Below, in pieces: positions 11,654-21,559 of a DNA stretch of 64,000 nt. How positions within the stretch are numbered: position 1 is the first letter of the stretch; every line of letters starts with the position of its first letter. The notes under the pieces were generated by a model. The model ran no database searches and was not told the origin of the DNA. It worked only from the letters and a program-made list of their open reading frames with translations. Made by a program: the position numbers and the translations under genes. The stretch spans positions 1,240,001-1,304,000 of the forward strand of contig NIVC01000020.1 of NCBI GenBank assembly GCA_002269645.1. The letters run 5' to 3'. The DNA comes from Macrostomum lignano. Its lineage: Eukaryota.

Positions 11654-14417
11654 TCGGCCGCGGCTGCCAAGTCAGCGGCAGCAGCAGCAGTGGCGGGCGG
11701 CCAGCTGCCCAGCCGCATCATCAGCCTGTCCGGCCAACTGCGCTCCCGCACCCTGCAGACAATCCTGCGGCACACGGAGGAGCAGGGCCAGCGCTGGGCA
11801 CGCTTTACCGAGCTCAACGCCCTGCTGAAGGGCTTCCGCAGTCACGAGCTGACGGTGCTGTGCGGCCGCACTGGCACCGGGAAGACCACCCTGCTGTCCG
11901 AGTACTCGCTGGACCTGTGCGAGCAGGGCGTGCCCACCCTTTGGGGCAGCTTCGAGGTGCCGCTGCACCGCCTCTGCTCCCTCATGCTGCACCAGTTCGC
12001 CGGCAGGCCGCTGCACCGCGAGCCCGTCGACACCGTCAACGCCGTGATGGACGCCTTCGGCTCGCTGCCGATGCACTTTCTCGACTATCACGGGCCGCAG
12101 TCCACCGCCGCCGTGCTGCGCGACCTGGAGGCCGCCACGGCCGGCCCACTGGGGGTCCGGCACGCCGTCATCGACAACCTGCAGTTCCTGCTGGGCGGCG
12201 AGGCCGACGCCTCTATGGCGGACCGGTTCCTCCGCCAGGACCGGTTCGTGGGCCAGCTGCGCCAGCTGGTCAACCGCACCGGCCTGCACGTGTCGCTGGT
12301 GGCGCACCCGCGCAAGGAGGACCCGAAGAAGCTGCTGGACGTCGGCTCCGTCTACGGCGGCGGCAAGGTGACGCAGGAGGCGGACAACGTGCTGCTGCTG
12401 CAGGACGAGTCCGGACTGGACGACCGGCCGCACCCGCAGCGCTACCTGCAGGTCAGCTTCACCGCCTACCCCGCTTGCCTCATCAGCGCTGGCCCCATGA
12501 GCTGTCCGGAAATAGTCTCTGATCCCACCTGAGAATCATCTCCGATCCCACCTGAGAATCATCTCCGATCCCACCTGAGAATCGTCTCCGATCCCACCTG
12601 AGAATCGTCTCCGATCCCACCTGAGAATCATCTCCGATCCCACCTGAGAATCGTCTCCGATCTCACCTGAGAATCATCTCCGATCCCACCTGAGAATCGT
12701 CTCCGATCCCACCTGAGAATCATCTCCGATCCCACCTGAGAATCGTCTCCGATCCCACCTGAGAATCGTCTCCGATCCCACCTGAGAATTGCCCCAATCC
12801 CACCTGAGAATCGTCTCCGATCCCACCTGAGAATCGTCTCCGATCCCACCTGAGAATCGTCTCCGATCCCACCTGAGAATCGTCTCCGATCCCACCTGAG
12901 AATCGTCTCCGATCCCACCTGAAAATCGTCTCCGATCCCACCTGAAAATCGTCTCCGATCCCACCTGAGAATCGTCTCCGATCCCACCTGAGAATCATCT
13001 CCGATCCCACCTGAGAATCATCTCCGATCCCACCTGAGAATCATCTCCGATCCCACCTGAGAATCGTCTCCGATCCCACCTGAGAATCGTCTCCGATCCC
13101 ACCTGAGAATCGTCTCCGATCCCACCTGAGAATCGTCTCCGATCCCACCTGAGAATCGTCTCCGATCCCACCTGAGAATCGTCTCCGATCCCACCTGAGA
13201 ATCATCTCCGATCCCACCTGAGAATCATCTCCGATCCCACCTGAGAATCGTCTCCGATCCCACCTGAGAATCGTCTCCGATCCCACCTGAGAATCATCTC
13301 CGATCCCACCTGAGAATCGTCTCCGATCCCACCTGAGAATCGTCTCCGATCCCACCTGAGAATCGTCTCCGATTCCACCTGAGAATCGTCTCCGATCCCA
13401 CCTGAGAATTGCCCCAATCCCACCTGAGAATCATCTCCGATCCCACCTGAGAATCATCTCCGATCCCACCTGAGAATCGTCTCCGATCTCACCTGAGAAT
13501 CATCTCCGATCCCACCTGAGAATCGTCTCCGATCCCACCTGAGAATCGTCTCCGATCCCACCTGAGAATCGTCTCCGATCCCACCTGAGAATTGCCCCAA
13601 TCCCACCTGAGAATCGTCTCCGATCCCACCTGAGAATCATCTCCGATCCCACCTGAGAATCGTCTCCGATCCCACCTGAGAATCGTCTCCGATCCCACCT
13701 GAGAATTGCCCCAATCCCACCTGAGAATTGCCCAAATCCCACCTGAGAATCGTCTCCGATCCCACCTGAGAATCGTCTCCGATCCCACCTGAGAATCGTC
13801 TCCGATCCCACCTGAGAATTGCCCCAATCCCACCTGAGAATCGTCTCCGATCCCACCTGAGAATCATCTCCGATCCCACCTGAGAATCGTCTCCGATTCC
13901 ACCTGAGAATCGTCTCCGATCCCACCTGAGAATTGCCCCAATCCCACCTGAGAATTGCCCAAATCCCACCTGAGAATCGTCTCCGATCCCACCTGAGAAT
14001 CGTCTCCGATCCCACCTGAGAATCGTCTCCGATCCCACCTGAGAATTGCCCCAATCCCACCTGAGAATCGTCTCCGATCCCACCTGAGAATCATCTCCGA
14101 TCCCACCTGAGAATCGTCTCCGATTCCACCTGAGAATCGTCTCCGATCCCACCTGAGAATTGCCCCAATCCCACCTGAGAATTGCCCCAATCCCACCTGA
14201 GAATTGCCCCAATCCCACCTGAGAATCGCTGCAACCCACGCGACTCCAACCGCAGGTGGCGAAGAACCGACACGACGGGCAGCTGGGTCGCATGCCGCTG
14301 CTGTTCGACCGCCAGTCCAAGTCGTACCGGCGGCTCCGCGCCCAGCAGCAGCAGGGAGGCTCAGCGCAGCCTGTCAGGGAATCCGGCTCGACCAGTGTTG
14401 CCGCAACCGGCTCTTGA
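11654..14417 (+). CDS. TWNK: Twinkle-like mitochondrial SF4/DnaB-type helicase domain, exons 11654-12451 and 14256-14417 (5' end unresolved)
   Basis: LLKGFRSHELTVLCGRTGTGKTT (Walker A), LWGSFEV, VIDNLQFL (Walker B), VAHPRKED, GGGKVTQEADNVL, and the spliced junction RYLQ|VAKNRHDG; all match Twinkle motifs. Both splice junctions are phase 0. Confidence 0.88.
12519..14227. repeat. 22/23-bp minisatellite (~75 units) filling the Twinkle intron
   Basis: CCGATCCCACCTGAGAATCGTCT with variants ...AATCATCT and ...AATTGCCCCAAT. Confidence 0.97.
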
Positions 14418-14714
14418 CAGTGTGCTGCTTTTGAAATTGCTGCTATTTTTGTCCGGACTTATGACTGCTTGCTTGAACAGCTGATGTTGCTACTGTCAGT
14501 AGAGTTGCGAGCTTCAGATTATAACGAACTATTTTTATTGGCCTCAGATTTTTACTATATTTTTGTCAGTGTTTATCGGCTCGATTCGGTCAACCGTGCC
14601 TGTCAGCATCTGTATTTTTCATTGTTATCTTTGAGCTGACGATTTCTGACTGTAATAACAGCTGATCCCCGATTTTTTGCGAATGGCATATTTACTGACT
14701 CTACACCTCTCACT

Positions 14715-15147
14715 TTGACTCTCTCCGTGTCTCATCTAGTCTCACCCTGACTCTTATCCGTGTCTCACCCTGACTCTCATCCGTGTCTCATCTAGTCTCA
14801 CCCTGACTCTCATCCGTGTCTCCATCCTGACTCTCATTCGTATCTCATCTAGTCTCACCCTGACTCTCATCCGTGTCTCACCCTGACTCTCATTCGTGTC
14901 TCATCTAGTCTCACCCTGACTCTCATCCGTGTCTCACCCTGACTCTTATCCAGTCTCACCCCTGACTCTCATCCGTGTCTCCATCCTGACTCTCATCCGT
15001 GTCTCACCCCTGACTCTCATCCGTGTCTCCATCCTGACTCTCATCCGTGTCTCCATCCTGACTCTCATCCGTGTCTCACCCCTGACTCTTATCCAGTCTC
15101 ACCCCTGACTCTCATCCGTGTCTCACCCCTGACTCTCATCCGTGTCT
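14715..15147. repeat. ~22-24-bp degenerate minisatellite
   Basis: CCCTGACTCTCATCCGTGTCTCA(C/TCTAGT) units. Confidence 0.9.
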
Positions 15148-15875
15148 CAATGCAAGTTTTCCTGTCCAGCTGTGCAATTCCAGCAGCCCCCTGCTGATTG
15201 GCAAATTTGCCTGCTCGAGCTCCATTTTCAAGCTGGACACTCCATTTTGCCGCATTTCCTGTAAATTTCCGTTGTGTCATGCGAGCCGGGCAGCCAGTAA
15301 ATCCTGAGGCTGTTCGCCCTGCCCGATCAGGCGGGCTCTCCGTTGGAGCGAAATAACTGCCTCTGTCTGAGTTTATCGGTCGGCTTTTCTTTATTTTAAA
15401 TAAATAATTTTGCTCGGCCATTTCCTGCAATTGGTTGCTGGGCAAACAAAACTGCTGGGCGGCTCTCTGGAGAGTTGGGGATCTCCAATAAATGATGACA
15501 GAACCGCATCTGGCCCAGCAGAGCCGTCTTGGAAATTCTTAGAAAAAGCAAGAAGTCATTAGTAGGTATGCTGATCCGCATCAGCAGAGCGTGTTCTCAG
15601 CGCTGAGCAGCAATAAAAAATTCCGTCCTAATGGGACTTGCTTTGCCGCTTCAGCAGCGGCACGAATTTCTACCCACCGGACTTTTTCTATCGGAGACTG
15701 CTTTCCTGGCAAACTGCTTTCCTCACTTCTGTGCTCATTAGTCCACTCCAACTTCACGCTAATGCAGGAATAAATAGGGGTGGAATACAGGTGGGAAAGC
15801 AGTCACGTGATGAGACTTCTACATTGGTTAGATAGTAATCCATTTTTACACTTCCTAGCTGTGTGAAGAACTGGT

Positions 15876-16485
15876 GCTTACGGCATGGCGTACAGAGCCT
15901 GTCACGGGTCCTGCATGCTTACGGCATGGCGTACAGAGCCTGTCACGGGTCATGCATGCTTGCGGCATGGCGTACAGAGCCTGTCACGGGTCCTGCATGC
16001 TTGCGGCATGGCTTACAGAGCCTGTCACGGGTCATGCATGCTTGCGGCATGGCGTACAGAGCCTGTCACGGGTCCTGCATGCTTGCGGCATGGCTTACAG
16101 AGCCTGTCACGGGTCATGCATGCTTGCGGCATGGCGTACAGAGCCTGTCACGTATCATGCGTGCTTGCGGCATGGCGTACAGAGCCTGTCACGTATCATG
16201 CGTGCTTGCGGCATGGCGTACAGAGCCTGTCACGTATCATGCGTGCTTGCGGCATGGCGTACAGAGCCTGTCACGTATCATGCGTGCTTGCGGCATGGCG
16301 TACAGAGCCTGTCACGGGTCATGCATGCTTGCGGCATGGCGTACAGAGCCTGTCACGGGTCATACATGCTTGCGGCATGGCGTACAGAGCCTGTCACGGG
16401 TCATACATGCTTGCGGCATGGCGTACAGAGCCTGTCACGGGTCATGCATGCTTGCGGCATGGCGTACAGAGCCTGTCACGGATCA
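15876..16485. repeat. 41-bp minisatellite (~15 units)
   Basis: GCGGCATGGCGTACAGAGCCTGTCACGGGTCATGCATGCTT. Confidence 0.96.
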
Positions 16486-16654
16486 CACGTGGCCACGTGC
16501 AGTTTTCCGCTGCACGCCGCACTGCAAGCAATTATACTGCCGGTTTGAACTGCTGGCCTGAAGCTACGGCTACTGGAGTTCCTTGCCCGGTACCACTGGA
16601 CTGGGTATATACTGTATAGTGCGTACGTCCGTTTTCCTGACTGGATAATGTCTC

Positions 16655-16885
16655 ATGTCTGCCTGTCTGCATCCGCCTGTCTGCGTCCGCCTGTCTGCCT
16701 GCCTGCGTCCGCCTGTCTGTCTGTCTGTCTGCGTCTGCCTGTCTGCATCTGCCTGTCTGCGTCCGCCTGACTGTCTGTCTGCGTCTGCCTGTCTGCATCT
16801 GCCTGTCTGCGTCCGCCTGACTGTCTGTCTGCGTCCGCCTGTCTGTCTTTCTGCCTGTGTCTATCTGTCTGTATGTCTGTCTGAA
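16655..16885. repeat. CTGT/CTGC-rich degenerate simple sequence repeat
   Basis: GTCTGCCTGTCTGCGTCCGCCTGTCT... Confidence 0.85.
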
Positions 16886-17430
16886 TTTCATTATTTTTTG
16901 TCGGGCTATTTTTTCTATATAAATATTTTTAATAACTATATGCATCTGAAACTTGAAAGCTCCGGTCTGTTTGAGTGAAAGCCAGGCTGAAGGCTTCAAT
17001 ACAATAACGGGGCTCTGATGTCGCACTCCGATTGCAGCTGAGATTCGATCGGGTCCGAAGCAGATTTGCATTACAATGGGTACAATGGGGCACAGGTGGG
17101 GCTTTTCTGAACCGGCCCCCGCGTACGCGGTCTTAGGCTTTATGTAAATCTGCATGTTTATAGCGCCAGCGAATCGCAATTGAAACGTTAAAACCGGAAT
17201 GCTGAAGAGGGAGCCGTTATTTCAACAACACCCAAATGCACTTCGCCCAGCCTGCGCTCATAGAGCATGTGGCCTCTCAAATCGATTAATTGAATTGCTC
17301 ACTTTGTTGCCATGCAGGCCGCAGGTGCAATTAATTAATTGATTGGCAAACAGCAAAAGTGGGCGAGCAGAGAAACTCGCATCCGGCTGCTTTATATTCG
17401 CGCTTTTGTTCAAAGCTGCAGTTGCCATCC

Positions 17431-17727
17431 CTGCAGTGAATAGGGTGTCTGAGCAGCTGAGCTCATTGCTCACAGCCTGCAGTGAATAGGGTGTCTGAGC
17501 AGCTGAGCTCATTGCTCACAGCCTGCAGTGAATAGGGTGTCTGAGCAGCTGAGCTCATTGCTCACAGCCTGCAGTGAATAGGGTGTCTGAGCAGCTGAGC
17601 TCATTGCTCACAGCCTGCAGTGAATAGGGTGTCTGAGCAGCTGAGCTCATTGCTCACAGCCTGCAGTGAATAGGGTGTCTGAGCAGCTGAGCTCATTGCT
17701 CACAGCCTGCAGTGAATAGGGTGTCTG
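17431..17727. repeat. 46-bp minisatellite (~6.5 units)
   Basis: GCAGTGAATAGGGTGTCTGAGCAGCTGAGCTCATTGCTCACAGCCT. Confidence 0.96.
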
Positions 17728-18124
17728 GGCCACTTCAACTGAGTTACACTTTTTGGTCTGTTCGTGATTGAGGAGTGATGATGGAGATGTTAAGCGAGCT
17801 TTAAACGGAGAGTTCCTGTCCTGAAATGGGAAGCTCCTGTCCTGAAGTGGGAAGTTCCTGTCCTGAAATGGGGAATTGTTGCTTCAGTACCTTTCCAGGA
17901 ATATGTTGCAGAAACGCATCCGCCAGCTGCACTGACTTGCTGGCTTTCAGACTTCTGTTTTTTCTTCAAGCAGCAAGCAGGAAAGCCAAGCAAAGCAGAA
18001 CCGAGTTGCATTCATGGGCCACTTCCGCCGCGCTGTCCGTGTTTGCTTGCCAAATATTGAGAGAAAGCGGAGAGAATTCGAAGAAATTCAAGCTGCGCCA
18101 AAACCCACGCGGCTGTGATCGGTG

Positions 18125-18430
18125 GAGCTCAGACTGAGTGAGTCTGGTTCTGACCAAATGTTAAGCGGGAGCTCAGACTGAGTGAGTCTGGTTCTGACCA
18201 AATGTTAAGCCGAGCTCAGACTGAGTGAGTCCGGTTCTGACCAAATGTTAAGCCGAGCTCAGACTGAGTGAGTCCGGTTCTGACCAAATGTTAAGCGGAG
18301 CTCAGACTGAGTGAGTCCGGTTCTGACCAAATGTTAAGCGGAGCTCAGACTGAGTGAGTCCGGTTCTGACCAAATGTTAAGCGGAGCTCAGACTGAGTGA
18401 GTCCGGTTCTGACCAAATGTTTAGCGGAGC
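18125..18430. repeat. 43-bp minisatellite (~7 units)
   Basis: GAGCTCAGACTGAGTGAGTCCGGTTCTGACCAAATGTTAAGCG. Confidence 0.96.
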
Positions 18431-18520
18431 TGCTTGATTTGAGTTCGGTTTATTTATTTTGTTATAAATGGTCAGTTGAATTTATATTCATTCAGCCGAG
18501 GCCTGCGGGGTCATCCGGGG

Positions 18521-19464
18521 TCAGCTGAGCAGCTGCAGGCCGCGGTCCAGGTTCACCGAGTGCAGCATGGCGAAGTAGCACCGGCGGACGCACCTGGTCG
18601 AATCGTCGGAACAGCCGCAGGCGGCGGGCACCGGGGCGGCCATCTCGCGGAACAGCAGCCGCATCAGGCGGACCTCCGCACGCATCACGCCGATGTCCGC
18701 CACGCCGCCCAGGCAGCCGCGGCCGGTGCGGGCGCACTCCTCATCGTCTGGCATCAGCGGAGGCGGCGCGGGAGATGCCTGAGGTGGTGGGGCGAAGATC
18801 GCGCGATCACGTGAGCGCTTTGTGATCCCAACTTCTTGATTCCCTGAGCTCAGGGTCTGTCCGGTCAGTCAGGAGTCCTGAGCATCCCTGAGCTCAGGGC
18901 CTGTCAGGTCAGTCAGGAGTCCTGAGCATCCCTGAGCTCAGGGTCTGTCCGGTCAGTCAGGAGTCCTGAGCATCCCTGAGCTCAGGGTCTGTCAGGTCAG
19001 TCAGGAGTCCTGAGCATCCCTGAGCTCAGGGTCTGTCAGGTCAGTCAGGAGTCCTGAGCATCCCTGAGCTCAGGGTCTGTCAGGTCAGTCAGGAGTCCTG
19101 AGCATCCCTGAGCTCAGGGTCTGTCAGGTCAGTCAGGAGTCCTGAGCATCCCTGAGCTCAGGGTCTGTCAGGTCAGTCAGGAGTCCTGAGCACCCTGAGC
19201 TCAGGGTCTGTCAGGTCAGTCAGGAGTCCTGAGCACCCTGAGCTCAGGGTCTGTCAGGTCAGTCAGGAGTCCTGAGCACCCTGAGCTCAGGGTCTGTCAG
19301 GTCAGTCAGGAGTCCTGAGCACCCTGAGCTCAGGGTCTGTCAGGTCAGTCAGGAGTCCTGAGCACCCTGAGCTCAGGGTCTGCAGTTCTGTCAGCTAGCC
19401 TCACCTGCACGAATCCGCAGGCGCAGCAGCACAAGAGAAGCAGAGCAGCGGCTGAGGCCCTCAT
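18521..19464 (-). CDS. Predicted small secreted cysteine-containing protein, 2 exons: 19464-19405, 18778-18521 (105 aa)
   Basis: Exon 1 MRASAAALLLLCCCACGFVQ is signal-peptide-like and ends CAG|GTGAGG. A pyrimidine-rich acceptor CCCCACCACCTCAG leads in phase 0 into ASPAPPPLMPDDEECARTGRGC...CGCSDDSTRCVRRCYFAMLHSVNLDRGLQLLS*. Family not recognised. Confidence 0.68.
18842..19381. repeat. 44/43-bp minisatellite (~12 units) in the intron of the secreted-protein gene
   Basis: CCCTGAGCTCAGGGTCTGTCAGGTCAGTCAGGAGTCCTGAGCAT; contains the perfect 14-bp palindrome CCCTGAGCTCAGGG. Confidence 0.96.
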
Positions 19465-19904
19465 GCTTGGGGAAATTCGTTTAGACTTTTGGCTTTTAAA
19501 ATTTATTTTCTGGCTGGAAAGGGTGAAGGCGGAGCGGCAGAGGCTGGCCGGGCTGGCCGGAGCGGCCGGTTTTCATCTGAAGCAGCCCCAGCAGCCGAAG
19601 TCATTGGGTGGACAGGGGCCAATCAGGCCTCGCTACTGAGCAGTCCCGACTCCGAATTCATTTTGTCGTGTCGGAAATCAAAATTACATTACAATTTTTT
19701 AGCGGCCACAACAGGCCAGCATTAAATTTGAACATTGAAATTTAATTTCGGGCCTGGGCTGCAGCCCAATTTCCGCAGGTGACTGATCGCGCGAACAGCC
19801 GTCTCGGCGGGGGAAAATCGCTGCGTAAATTAAAATTAAACCGTTCTGAACCGTTCTGCCTCTGACCTTGCTGTGACTTGGCTGTCTCAACAAAGCACAG
19901 AGCC

Positions 19905-20340
19905 AGCCCTAACCCTAGCCATAGTAGCCCAACCTTAGCCCTAGTAGCCCAACCTTAGCCCTAGTAGCTCTAACCCTAGCCCTAGTAGCCCAACCTTAGC
20001 CCTAGTAGCTCTAACCCTAGCCCTAGTAGCCCAAACCCTAGCCCTAGTAGCTCTAACCCTAGCCCTAGTAGCTCTAACCCTAGCCCTAGTAGCCCTAACC
20101 CTAGCCCTAGTAGCTCTAACCCTAGCCCTAGTAGCTCTAACCCTAGCCCTAGTAGCTCTAACCTTAGCCCTAGTAGCTCTAACCCTAGCCCTAGTAGCCC
20201 AACCTTAGCCCTAGTAGCTCTAAACTTAGCCCTAGTAGCTCTAACCCTAGCCCTAGTAGCCCTAACCCTAGCCATAGTAGCTCTAACCCTAGCCCTAGTA
20301 GCTCTAACCCTAGCCCTAGTAGCTCTAACCCTAGCCCTAG
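19905..20340. repeat. 21-bp telomere-like minisatellite (~20 units)
   Basis: CTAACCCTAGCCCTAGTAGCT; the minus strand contains AGGGTTAG and TAGGG. Confidence 0.93.
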
Positions 20341-21559
20341 GAGCCATCTTAGCTTTAGCCTTAACCATATTTTTCTCACTGGCTCCAGTGTTGATCACGG
20401 TATCTATAATTAATCTTAGTCGGTTTTGTATCAACTCATGTCAGAATTTATTTGGCGAACAGTATCTGTACAAAAAGATGCTAATAAAACCCCTACATCA
20501 CTACTACTTGGCAGTAGTAACCGCAATGCAAATTTTGCATAGCCCGGACCAGTGCAGCAGTGGCGACAGCCGGTGCCAAACAGCAGAGACGGGGAGAGGG
20601 CGAGTCAGGCTGAGATGCTGTCGGCTTGGCATTTCGCAGGTGCTTATAATTTATATTTATTTAAATAGGCAAAGTACACACAGGTAATGAATGTTTGATG
20701 GCCTCCGCAAATGAAATAAGAGCTTGGCTGGTCAGACAGACAGAATGCACCACAGGTGAGGCCCTGGGGCTTCAGTGCCAGCATGAGTGCACCATGGCAG
20801 AGCGCATTGGAGCTGTACAGTTCAGAGCGGCTTGGCGGTGGGATTAATCGCATGGGAATGTTGAGTGACAGGAAAATGGCACCAGAGCGGGGAACGAGCG
20901 GCTCGTTCGTTTCTCGTCGATCAGAAAATCTTGAAAATCAAAACAAAAAATTGCTCAAATCTGAGGACACGAAATCTGAAATCAGTGAAATCGAATCAAA
21001 ATGGCTGCGAATTGGAGGCGAAAGCAAAATTGCGCGCGGCTGAAGAAACCAATCGGGCGCTTCTTCAACTCGCGGCCCAGGGCTGGAGAATCGATTTGAT
21101 GAGGCTGGGGAAGCTGGGCGGATCAGCGGTAGCCCAGCGCGAAATCGACAAAAAAATCGGCAGAAAATCTGCGCAGGCCGCACAGAGGCCAAGGGCTTGT
21201 AGAAGGCGGCTCAGACCGCCTTCGGTTTGGAATGGCATTGCGAAATTTCTGGGCATTGCAGCACATCGATAAGGCAGAGGAAAAGCAGAACAGACAAGTG
21301 CGGAGGCTTCGTTTTTGGATACGCGGTGGTGCCGGTGATTTTTTACTAAAAGCAACGCACGGGGAAATACCTGACTGGGAGCTGCACATGTACTTGAGCG
21401 CACTGGGCTGGGGGAACTCGGCTGCAAAATTATTCTACAGTACTAGAATTGAAAACTAGGACAGTAAATCGTACGGTAGGCAGAGGTTCACCAGACACTT
21501 TTGAAGCCAAATCACTTGAGCAGGTGGTGCAGGGGAGGCCGGGGATTCGGCTGAGGCCG

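Noticed and set aside
11618-12532. Phage or bacterial DnaB / T7 gp4 helicase (prophage or contamination)
   Set aside because: Motifs are Twinkle-type, and the CDS is split by a GT-AG intron at RYLQ|VAKNR in a clearly eukaryotic context.
20388-21459. Short ORFs between the telomere-like array and the AJM1-like 3' end
   Set aside because: No recognisable motif or consistent exon chain; more likely 3' UTR or intergenic, although a small gene cannot be excluded.
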